The position numbers and the translations under genes are program-made. DNA of 64,000 bases from Isurus oxyrinchus. Lineage: Eukaryota. The notes under the pieces were generated by a model, which saw nothing but the letters and a program-made list of their open reading frames with translations, was not told the DNA's origin and searched no databases. Of the stretch, positions 53,063 through 64,000 are shown piece after piece. Every line of letters starts with the position of its first letter. Position 1 is the stretch's first letter. Where the stretch lies: contig JANJGN010000071.1 in NCBI GenBank assembly GCA_026770705.1, positions 310,001-374,000 on the forward strand, given 5' to 3'.

Positions 53063-54377
53063 CTAACAGACAGAGAATGGATCCTTTTAGAGAAATATAA
53101 CGTGAAGCATCAGTTCAAATAGAAACCACAGTCCCACAAGAGAAAGCACTTTTACAAGGATGATATCAGAACTGAGAGGTTACAATGATCATTAAAGAAT
53201 TGTCTATTTTTACACTTGTTGAATCTCTGTCACTCAGATTAATACACGCTCACTCAGTGACCCTTGATTTGACCAGACTGGGTGAGGGTGGAGGAACAGC
53301 TCACAGCTCGGGGAGAACAGACTCAGCATTTGGAAAAGGATATAGAGACACTGGAGAGGGTGGTAAAAAGCTTCACAAGGATGATCTCAGCAATGTGAGG
53401 CTTTACCTATCAGGAGAGGGTGAACAGGCTGGGTGTCTGTTCTCTTGAACAGAGAAGGTTGAAGGGTGACATCATTTGACCTTTGAAGTAATGAAAGGTT
53501 TTGATCGAGTAGACATGGAGAGAGTGTTTCCACTCCTCACAATGAACAAAACCAGAGGCTGACAATATAAGATCCTCACTAATAAATCCAATGGGGAATT
53601 CAGGAGAAACTTCTTTACCCAGAGACTGGGGAGAATGTGTGCTTCAAGAATCACTTCATTGACTGTGAATTGATTTAGGATCGTCCTGAGGTGGTGAAAG
53701 GCGCTATGGAAATGCGAGACTTGGTTTTGTATTTTGAAAGCAGGTTTCCAAGGATGAGATGGGAACTGAGAGGTAACAACAATCAGCAGCAACTTTCCTA
53801 TTTTCAAACTTGGTGGGGAATGTGTCACTGAGCTGAATACACTTTCACTCCCAGACCCTTGAATTGCCAACACTGGGGTGTGGGTGATGGAGCAGTCCAC
53901 AGCTCATGGAACCCTGGCTCATCATTCTCTCAGAGATCTGGGTCACTGATCCCATTGCTCTCTGTGGGAGCTTCCTGTGCACAAACTCACTGCCACGTTA
54001 GACAGTGACTATACTTCAAGAATTTCTTCATTGTCTGTGAAATGATTTGAAGTTTGCTGAGGTGGTGTAAGGCGCAATAGGAATGCACATCCTTCTTTTG
54101 TCAAATTGTTAGACTTTTAAAAAGCATTAGGGAGACTAATGGGAGTGGATAACCTGATAACATTGATGGACACAGTCAATACATTTAATCATTGATATTA
54201 AAGTGAGTAATAGAGGTTGCTTTAGGACTGAACTGGAAGTTATCACCCGGTTATTGAGAATCAGACAGTGTGTTATAATAAACTGTATTTTGTGTTAATA
54301 TGTAAACGTCACAGTTTGTGTTATCTCCCATTGAGTGTTGGATGTGAATTGTTGAGTAATTATAACACAGCACTTAC

Positions 54378-54746
54378 CAGAAACGTGAAGCCGGGTTACA
54401 GGGTAATAGTTATGGCTCGGACCATTGTCAAATTCTATTCTGAAAAAATAAGGTCCTGCATCTTCCCGTCTGATGTTGTTTATAATCAGGGAACAGTCGC
54501 CATCTTTCAGGTCTCCAGACAGCCGGGTCCGATGGTGGAACCGTGGTAACTCGTGACTGTGATCCTTGGAGTGAAAGGCAATGGGAGCCCAGGGAATCTG
54601 TTTCTCATTATTAAACCAGACTCCACCTCGCGGTTGGTTTTCCAGACACGATGGATAACTGTAATGACATGGAATCTGTACACACGAACCTTCCTGCACT
54701 GTCACCTCTCGTGGAGTTTCACCTTTCCACTCTTGTGACAGTCCAA
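54378..54746 (-). CDS. Siglec V-set sialic-acid-binding domain exon (gene B)
   Basis: 369 nt, phase 1-1; W near N-terminus, SCVQIPC, GDCSL and YFFRIE with the essential Arg: Siglec signature. Confidence 0.92.
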
Positions 54747-55571
54747 CTGTGGAGAGAAATATCAATATTTAACCCTGGATCCTCATTGTCTAAGGGATTA
54801 TTTCTGATCCAAACCCCATATTGTTGTATTGTTGATTCCGATGCAGCATTGTAGACTGACTTGTCCCCAAGCTCAGCACTGACCCTACTCCAGCAGAGAC
54901 TGTGAAACACACTAACAAAGTGCCTCTAGCCTGAGCTCTGCATGTGTCGAGAGAAAGACAAATATACAAACTGAATATTGACACCTTTACACACGGACAG
55001 CTTTACCTTCCTTCTCTCTTTCAGTTATCTTGCTCCCTTATTGAAGTATCTAGCAAGGTGAGAATGGACAGGAAGTGTGACACTGAACAGCCTGTCTATT
55101 CTAGGAGCTGCTGTGTTGTCTTCATGGGAAATTCTGACTAAAATCAGCAAAAGACACTAATTTCAGGCCATTGCTGTCAGAGTCCTAGCCACAAGATAGA
55201 CTTCATCCCCTGAATTTTGTGTCCAATTTTCCACTCAAGCTTTCACCTCCGCACACACCCACCCCGACCCCACAAGTCACTCGCTGACCTACACTGGCTC
55301 CCAGTCCAACAACACCTCGATGTGATTATTTTCACACTTGATTTCCAATCCCTCCATCCCTCCGCTCCACTCCCTGTCTCTGTAACCTCCTCAAACCTAC
55401 AACCCTCTGTGATCTCTGCACTCCCCCAATTCTGCTGTCAGACAGGGAGTCAGTGTATATCAGGGAGCACAGGGGTGATGGGTGAATGGGACTTGGTATG
55501 AGTTTGTACACTGGCTCACTGCTGAATCGGTTCCCTATCAGAGCTCAATAAGAATGGTCTTATACAAACAC

Positions 55572-56301
55572 TATTAACCATAAATCTGTCCAAGCTGACG
55601 ATGATATTACCTTGGAGAAGTGACAGGAGGAAGTAAGATTTCCCGATCATCGTCCACTCCCAGATATTCCTTTAGCTTCTGACTCTCAAACTCTGAAAGA
55701 GAAAGGAGTTAATGAGACCTCACCTCTTGTCCGACAGCTCTCGAGAGATCAGAACTGCTTTTAGACAATGTCCTCTGAGACTAATTTGGTTCTCTGTGGG
55801 ATGACAGGTGCTCTGCAGAGAGTTAAAAAGCTTTAAAAAAATTAATCAATGAAGGACTTGCATTTCTATATCGCCTTTCACCACCTCAGGATGTCCCAAA
55901 GCTCATGTCCCTGCTCTTCCATCATCCCTTGAGCTAGAAAGATGTTCTGTACAACAGACTTGAGCCTCACACCCAGATCTCAATAATCAGTAGAAATCTT
56001 TCAAAGGCATCAATCATTGGAATCTGTCTTTATAAAGTCACAACATCAACAAAGGACGGTGTTGGTCGTGGAAGTGAATTCCAATCGTTCCGTTACTTAC
56101 CCAGGACCTGTCCGACTGCTCGCCTGGGGAGGAACTGCCCACACGCTCTGCTTGGGCTGAATGACCTCTTCCTGTGCTGCTCCCTCTGTGTATTTAATGA
56201 GAAAGGGTTGATGTGTCACTGTGAGACAAAATGAGGAAGTTGCATCAAAGTGACAGAACAGCTCGTGTTTTGAGTTTTTTGAAGCTGTTAACCCTTTGCG
56301 T
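55572..56301. repeat. Inverted repeat pair with 63044-63778 (promoter, UTR exon and leader of genes B and C)
   Basis: 56030-56185 is nearly identical to the reverse complement of ~63165-63330; flanks more diverged. Confidence 0.88.
55611..55650 (-). CDS. Siglec-like gene B leader exon (MIGKSYFLLSLLQ)
   Basis: 40 coding nt, CAAG|gtaata phase-1 donor; acceptor at 55692; probable non-coding exon ending tgg|gtaagt at ~56101. Confidence 0.8.
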
Positions 56302-56899
56302 TCTGGACTTGTGATGATATTTCTGCTCAAAAGCGGAAAGTCATTGACCAGGAATTCTCCTGTGGGACACTGGATTTCGAACCCTCTCTCTCTCTGAGTG
56401 AGAAGGTCGTCAGTTCGAAATTCATTTGGCAAAATTCAGGCTGGCAAACCAGACCGGCACTCGGTGTCAGGACTGAGAGTCCTGCACAGTCGGAGAGTCA
56501 GTACTGAGGGAGTGTTGCACTGTTGGACGGTCAGCACTGACTTAGTGCTGCACTGTCGGAGGGTCTGTACTGCGAGTGTTGCACTCTGGGTGTGCCAGTG
56601 CTGAAGGAGTGCTGCACTGTCAGATGGTCAATGCTGAGGAAGCGCTACACTTTTCGAGCATCAGTACCTAGGGGCTGCTGCACTATCAGGGGCTCATGAC
56701 TAAGGGACCACTGCACAGTCGGAGGGTCCGTACCCAGGGAATGCTGCACTGTCGCAGGCTCAGTACCGAGGGAGTGCAAACTAAAGTAGTGACAAGGGTT
56801 GAATAAACTGGTGATGAGGTGAAAAACAAGGAAGAAAAAGCAAGGAATGAGAGCAAGGGAACCGAAATCGGGCTGTGCCTCGCACAGTGATTATAAATA

Positions 56900-59800
56900 T
56901 AATTTCCATCCTAATAACCGAAGCAGTCCCCTCGAAGAATGCTGCAGTTTGGAAGAGTTGATCCTTTCGACCCAACGGTGGGCGATTGGTCTCATTATGG
57001 TGAACTCCTCGCGTTCTTTTTCCAAGTGAATGACATTGATGGGGAGGAGAAGAGGCGAGCGACCCTCTTATCCACGTGTGGCAGTAAGATTTAGGGATTG
57101 ATGCGAACTTTAATGTCACCCAGTGCCATGGATTCAAAAAGTTTAGATGATATAGTGAACCTTGTGAAGATTCCTTCCCAGCCCCAGCCCTCGGTAACGA
57201 TGCAACGGTCCAAATTTAACTCAAGAAATAGAGTCCCAGGGGAGGCAGCTGCATGTTATTTGGAAAGTCTGAAACAGTTAATAGGACATTGTGAGTTTGG
57301 TAAATCTATAAATGATATGCTGAGAGATCAACTGGTGTGCAGTATAAATGAAGATTCGATTCAGAAGAGATTACTGTCTGAAACAGATTTGGATATTCAG
57401 AAAGCTCTGGGAATAGTGCTGGCTATGGAAAGAGCAGTGAGGGACTCGAAAAACATATGGAGAGTGCAAAATGTCACCGTCCTCATGTTGGGTGAGGAGC
57501 CTCAGCCAAGAAGTGCGGGAAAATGTACAGCTCTGATGAGAAGCGGGAAACCTCCACCACTAGCAGCAAATAAAAAGGAATGACTTAGCAGAGAAAACAT
57601 GGAATAATGTGAACAGAGGTGAAGCAGACAACCTCGTAGTGAATGGAACTTTAAAAAAACAATTGTTTTTACTGTCATCGAAACAGAGAGCCCATGAGAG
57701 ATTGCAAGGATAGAATCAGGCAGAGTTTCAACCAAGAGAGAAAACCCTGTGAGATCCATAACATAGAAGAGCCTGAAGTAACAGATTCAGATAGTTATTC
57801 ATTGTATAATTTAAAGGTAGGAAGAACAGAGCCAATCTATGTAACAGTGAGGGTGAATGATAGAGCTCTCAGAATGGGGGTGGACACAGGAGCTAACACT
57901 ACGCTAATTGGTGAGCATACTTTCAAATACTGGAATCATGGGGAAAGTCAATTAAATTTGGAAGAAACAGATGACTAATTGAAAACTTACACGGGAGAAG
58001 ACATTCAAGCCAAAGACATAAGCAGGGTTGTTATACAGTATGGAAGTCAATCAGTAAAATGACCCTTGATGATGGGAGCTGGTGAGGGACCAAGCCTCCT
58101 TGGACGAAACTGGCTGAAAGATATTAAACTGGATTGGTCTGAGATCTTCCAACTGAGAGCCAGTGGGCTACCTGAGCTACTACAAAAATACATCTCAGTT
58201 TTCCAAGATGAACTCGGGGAGATCCAGGGGCTGCAAGCAAAAATTCATGTGGATCCAGACTCTACCCCTCTGATTTATGAAGGCACGACCAGTACCTTAT
58301 GCAATGTGGGAAAAGGCAGATGCTGAATTGGGCAGGTTCTAGAAACTGGGAGGGATACAATCTGTGCTGCCCTCAGAATGGGCAGCACCAATAGTCCCTG
58401 TACCTGAGCCTGGCCAAAGTGTTTGTGGAGATGACAAGAATTGACTGGAACGGCCTACACGGAGCTGATATGAGCCATGCTTATCAACAATTGGAGTTCG
58501 AGAAGGCCTCCCAGAAGTTTGTCACAATTAATACACACAAAGGGTTGTATCAATAAACCGGTTTGCCTTTCAGAGTCTCCTCTGCAGGATCACAGAGTCT
58601 TAATGGCACAGCAGGAGGCCATTCAGCCCATCGTGTCTATCCCAGCTCTCCAAATGAGCATCATGACCTAGTGTCATTGCCCTGCCTTTCCCCATGCCCC
58701 TGCACCTTTTCTCTATCCAAATAACCATCTAATGCCCTCCTGAATGCCTCGATTGAACCTGCCTCCACAACACTTCCAGGCCGTGCATTCCAGGCCCAAA
58801 ACTTAGTTGTGTGAAAAAGTTTTTTCTCACGTCACATTTGCAACATCAGTCATGCTAAATGTCAGCGGGAAGGTGGAAAGGAGTCCAGGAAGACAGGAAA
58901 CTGGACATGACTGGCATAGCCATGACAGGAAGCTGACCGTAGGAGAGACGGTATATGTGAAGGATTTTAGAGAGGGGCCAAAGTGGTCACCGGGTGAAAT
59001 AAATGCAGTGATTGGAACTCTTTCTCACCATGTGAAAGTGGAAGACCGAGTCATATGGAGACATGTGGGTCATATAAGGAGGAGAGAAACAAAGTACCAA
59101 GAAACAATCCCACCAGTCTTCACGGCTGCGTCTATGTCTCCTGTTGAAAGAACTCAGCTGAGAACAGATGTGTCTGAAGGGTCCGTTGTACCTGCAAGAG
59201 TTGAGGAAACAGGTTTGCAGGTGTCCACCGAAGAAGCTGGTGTTGGGACAACATCAGAAAAGGAGACTCCTGACAAAGTATCTGAAGCTGTGGATCTGAG
59301 ACGTTCCAGACGCATAAGGAAACCCCCCAGAAAGACTGAATTTGTAAATTACTGATCTGTGTAAATCATCTGATACTTTGAGAAAATGGTAAAAGTAAGT
59401 GTAAAATGTATTTCTGAGTAAAGGGGGAGGGTGGTGGTAATCTGATGTGTGATGTACCTTTAAGAAGAAGGTTACAATGGAAGATAACATGAGCTCAGTG
59501 TTGTGGTGTGTTCTCAGAATCAACCTCAGGCCTGGCTAAAAACAGAACTCTACCCATTACAGGGAAACCATCTTTTTTGTTCACAGAGTTAGTCACGTAC
59601 ACATTGGGTTATTTAAATTCAAATCTTGTCAGTACATAATCACATAATAAGCAGATGTTCCCAGTCCCAGGTACATATCTGCTCCTTACCCAAGCAAGAA
59701 CTGTTTATCTCGTTCTAGCCTGGTGCTGTTTGCCTTTACCTTATCTGTTTACCCTCAGAATCTCTTTATGTCTGTTCTCGAGTTAATCCCTCGTGATCTT

Positions 59801-60140
59801 CAAGGCCTTTCTGGAGAGTTCTGCTGATGTCAGCCCCATGGTGCACAAGGTTCACCTGGAGAATTCTGCTGACCTTTGGTTTTCACTAATAGAAGTCCCT
59901 GTTTAACTCTTATATCAGTGTCCAACAGCCGAGTGGCGCAGGTACCTCAGTAGTCGGTCACCTTTGGTTAGAGCCTGTAATGCGGAGACAGGGCTTGAGT
60001 TGAAAGCACACAAGTGTAGCTGCTGAGTTCCTTTGTAAATAAGCAGAATGTGTTTCATCTAAGAACTGTCTGCTGATCTACTCTGTCTATTGTACCTACT
60101 CAGCCTCTCCAAAACAAGCCTGGATCCATAAGTCCCAACA
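56900..60140 (+). mobile_element. Degenerate Gypsy (K02A2.6-like) element: gag, protease, partial RT, integrase C-terminus, PPT, probable 3' LTR
   Basis: QRSKFNSR, NDMLRDQLVC, VDTGA, GPSLLGRNWL, LRRSRRIRKPP; PPT aaagggggagg ~59420; SINE-like insert 58587-58840. Confidence 0.85.
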
Positions 60141-60271
60141 AACTCGTGACCAGCATCCAACAGTATCAATAATTAATGTATGTATTGTGGGTGGAATTTT
60201 TGATTTGGATCAATAATACTAAACACTGATCACTCTGATTGTCACTCTGATCATTTCTGTTTCTATTACAG

Positions 60272-60388
60272 AAGAAAGATGAGAAGGATCTGGAAATGAA
60301 ATCTAACCGCGGAGTCAATCCTGATACAGATGATGATCTTTACGCAAACTGTGATTTTGCCAAGGATTCTGTTTATGGGAATTTATAA
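60272..60388 (+). CDS. Orphan terminal cytoplasmic exon KKDEKDLEMKSNRGVNPDTDDDLYANCDFAKDSVYGNL*
   Basis: ttctgtttctattacag acceptor; phase-0 frame open to TAA with two YxN motifs, the last fitting ITIM-like SxYxxL; no upstream exons found. Confidence 0.65.
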   Translation, partial: KKDEKDLEMKSNRGVNPDTDDDLYANCDFAKDSVYGNL

Positions 60389-61719
60389 ACTGAGCAAGAA
60401 TGAGACACACACAGTGTGGGGAGAATACAGAACGGGAGAATCATTCAAAACTCCATTTTACCTTCCTAATATCCACAGGAACTCACTCCCAGGAAATGGA
60501 TTTAAACCTCTTGTTACAAACTGATGGAATTTCTTCGGAATGATCTATCCAGGATGATTGTCTGTGGGTTTCAATTCGAACATCCTCCTTCAGATTTGTC
60601 CCTCACTGTTGGAAACATCCTTCTCTCCAATCTGATTGTAAATGTCTTTAGATATCGTTCGATGATGTACCAGGACAGAACGGACAAATTCAATCCCGTG
60701 TCCTTGATTATGAGTTAATTTTCATTCTGTTATTCACCTTCCTGTCTGTCAGTTTTTACAGAATATTCATTAGCCAGTGTAGACTTCAGGAAATGCAGGA
60801 TCGGTGGATAATTGGAGCAGAAGAGATTGGTAAAATTTACTCAGCATTTTGTAGTCAAATGTATTTTCAGATATATATTTGGATTTTACACTTCATCGTT
60901 AAACAGCAAAACCATCAGCAATCCCGGAAACAGGGAAACAATTTGATTGGAGATTTGAGAAATTCTCTGCAGCTCAGAGGATAACAGATGTGATACAGTG
61001 CCACCACTGGTGGGAGGACATCATTTCAGCGTGACATGTTTACATTGATGTTGCCAATGAACATAGGAAATTATGATGTGAAAAATTGGTTGCAGGTTTA
61101 CCTTCTTCAATATGTCATGGATGGATGAGACAGCTTTGACAACAGAATGAGATATAGCTGCAATAAACCATCATTTTAGTCTTTCACACTTGGAGAGTAC
61201 AATGAGCATCCATCCTGAAGGCTGAGTGGATGGGTGGACTGTGCGATGTGTTACAGATCACAGAGACCAACATCCTTGATCCTGGTTCTGCTCTGTGTTT
61301 GATGAGATACTTGGATAAAAGATTGGGAAAATAAATAATCCTCCGGCATTAACCTGTAACTGGTCTCTCCATCTGTCAATGTCCTGAGGACAGAATTGGG
61401 TTCGAGGTCCAAAATCAGACATTCTTTGACTGCCCATTGAATAGGAACAGGAGGAGGCCATTCAGCCCCCTCGAACCTGCTACACAGGAACAAGAGGGCA
61501 CCTGATACAAAAACAGAAAATGCTGGAGAAACTGAGTAGGTCTGGCAGCATCTGTGCAGAGATAAACAGAATTAGCATTTTGTGTCCGTATGACCCTTCT
61601 TCAGAGTCTATAAGCAAAAACTCTGTTTCTCTCTCCACAGCTGCTACCAGACCTGCTGAGTTAATGCAGCATTTTCTGTTTTTATTTCAGATTTACAGCA
61701 TCTGCAGTATTTATTTTTA

Positions 61720-63005
61720 ATGACAGGAGGACATTCAGCCTCTTGATCCTGTTACACAGGAACAGCAGGAGGCCATTCAGCCCCCTCGAGCCTGTTACAC
61801 AGGAACAGGAGGAGGCACATTCAGCCCCTCGAGCCTGTTACACAGGAACAGGAGGAGGCCCATTCAGCCCCCTCGAGCCTGTTACACAGGAACAGGAAGA
61901 GGCCCATTCAGCCTCTTGATCCTGTTACACAGGAACAGCAGGGGGCCATTCAGCCCCCTCGAACCTGTTACACAGGAACAGGAGGAGGCCCATTCATTCC
62001 CTCGAGCCTGTTACACAGGAACAGGAGGAGGCCCATTCAGCCCCCTCGAGCTTGTTACACAGGAACAGGAGGAGGCCTATTCATTCCCTCAAGCCTGTTA
62101 CACAGGAACAGGAGGAGGACCATTCAGCCACTCAAGCCTGTTACATGAGGACAGGAGAAAGCCCATCAGCCTCTTGAGCCTATTATACAGGAACAGGAAC
62201 AGGAAAAGGACATTCAGTCCCTCAACACCCTTCCACAGGAACAGGAGAGAGTCTCAGCTCCTCGAGCCTGTTACCCAGGAACAGGAAGAGGACATTCAGT
62301 CTCTCAACCCACTTACACAGGAATAGGAAACCCATTCAGTCCCTCGTGCCTGTTACACAGGAAAAGGAGGAGGCCCATTCTGTTCCCTCGAGCCTGTTAC
62401 ACAGGAACAGGAGGAGGCCCATTCTGTCCCCTTGAGCCTGTTACACAGGTACAGGAGACCCATTCAGCCTCCACAAGCTTGTTACACAGGAACATTAGGG
62501 GCTCCATTTAGCCCCATCAAGCCTGTTACACAGGAACAGGAGGAGGCCCATTCAGCCACTCAAGCCTGTTAGATAGGAACAGGTGGAGGCCCATTCAGCC
62601 CCATGATGCTGTTACACAGGAACAGGAGGAGGCCCATTCTGTCCCCTTGAACCTGTTACACAGGAACAGGAGGTGGCCCATTCAGACCATCTAACCTGTA
62701 AGACAGGAAAACAAGGAGATCCATTCAGCCTCTTGAGCCTGTTACACAGGAACAGGAGGAGGCCTATTCGGACACTCGAGCCTGTTACACAAGGACAGGG
62801 GGAGGGCATTCAGCACCTGGAGCCTGTTACACAGGAACAGGAGGAGGCACATTCAGCCCTGCCAAAGACTGTTACACAGGAACAGGGGGAGGCTTAATCA
62901 GCCACACAATCATGTCACACTGGAACAGGAGGAGGCCCATTTAGACCCCTCGAGCCTGTTACACAGGAACAGGAGGAGGCCCATTCAAACCCTCGAGCTT
63001 GTTGC
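61720..63005 (+). repeat. 43-44-bp minisatellite array directly upstream of the gene C promoter
   Basis: ~29 tandem units. Confidence 0.95.
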
Positions 63006-63699
63006 ATATGAACAGTCAATGGCCCTTCAACCACATTATTGGCACGCAAAGGGTTAACAGTTTTCTAACAGTGCGAGGCAAAGAGTTGCTTTCTCACTTG
63101 GTACCAAGCACTTCCACATTTTGACTCACAGTGACACATGCACCCTTTTTAATTAAACACAAATAGGGAGCAGCACAGGAAGAGGTCATTCAGCCCAAGC
63201 AGAGCGTGTGGGCAGTTCCTCCCCAGGCGAGCAGTCGGACAGGTCCTGGGTAAGTAACGGAACGATTGGAATTCACTTCCACGACCAACACTGTCCTTTG
63301 TTGATGTTGTGACTTTATAAAGACAGATTCCAATGATTGATGCCTTTGAAAGATTTTTACTGATTATTGAATTCTGGGTGTGAGACTCAAGTCTGTTGTA
63401 CAGAACATCTTTCTAGCTCAAGGGATGAGGGAACTGCAGAGACATGAGCTTTGGGATGTCCTGAGATAGTGAAAGGTGCTATAGAAATGCAAATCAATCA
63501 TTGTTTGTCTTACTTAAAGACTTGTAACTCTCTGCAGAGCACCTATCATCCCACAGAGAATCAAATTAGTCTGTGAAGACATTGTCTAAAAGCAGTTCTG
63601 ATCTCTCGAGAGCTGTCGGACAAGAGGTGAGGTCTCATTAACTCCTTTCTCTTTCACAGCTTGAGAGTGAGAAGTGGATGGAATATCTGGGAGTGGACG

Positions 63700-63739
63700 A
63701 TGGTCAGGAAATCTTACTTCCTCCTGTCACTTCTCCAAG
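63700..63739 (+). CDS. Siglec-like gene C leader exon (MVRKSYFLLSLLQ); gene continues beyond window
   Basis: Inverted paralog of the gene B leader with the same phase-1 donor; upstream UTR exon ends ~63249. Confidence 0.75.
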
Positions 63740-64000
63740 GTAATATCATCATCAGCTCGGACAGATTTATGGTTAATATTCTTTGTAAAAGATCATTCTT
63801 ATCTCTTTATCTCTGTAACCTCCTGCAACTCACCCAAACAACTTCCCAGATCTCTGTGTTACTCCAATTCCGGCCTCTTGACCATCCCCCGATTCCCATC
63901 ACTCCAATACTGGCGGCCGGGCCTTCAGCTGCCTGGGGCCTGAGCTCTGGAATTCACTCCCTAAACCTCGGGATGGAGGAGCTCAGAGGGTTTCATTTTA

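Noticed and set aside
54378-54746. Rearranging antigen-receptor V segment (IgNAR/TCR)
   Set aside because: Complete V exon with G strand and splice donor, Siglec cysteine pattern, no heptamer-nonamer signal

Overview
Vertebrate genomic DNA, almost certainly a cartilaginous fish (shark-type CR1/L2 LINEs, DeuSINE-like SINEs, K02A2.6-like Gypsy relics, retroposon-derived minisatellites). It holds a rearranged innate-immunity locus whose spliced genes the ORF track largely misses. (1) A complete 3-exon hepcidin gene on the minus strand (11059-10967, 9160-9104, 6770-6660): 86-aa precursor, RQKR furin site, atypical 27-aa 8-Cys mature peptide MGRFCRFCCNCCNSRESNETCGLCCRY. (2) Siglec (CD22/MAG/CD33-like) gene pieces: a + strand 3' half (three C2-set exons, TM, ITIM+ITSM tail; 26300-32039), a - strand 5' half (leader, V-set with essential Arg, C2-set; 55650-52766), a head-to-head paralog starting at ~63.2 kb, two Gypsy-truncated leader+V pseudogenes, and an orphan tyrosine-motif terminal exon (60272-60388). 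The main structure is a large inverted duplication (arms ~8362-25600 and ~37190-49843). Each arm carries a hepcidin promoter with exons 1-2, and the spacer carries the Siglec 3' half. Inverting the spacer would join the two Siglec halves in frame and could swap which hepcidin promoter (BMP element GGTGCC vs GGCGCC) drives the single mature-peptide exon. N gaps lie in the spacer and inner right arm, so misassembly has to be excluded. All alignments were done by eye.
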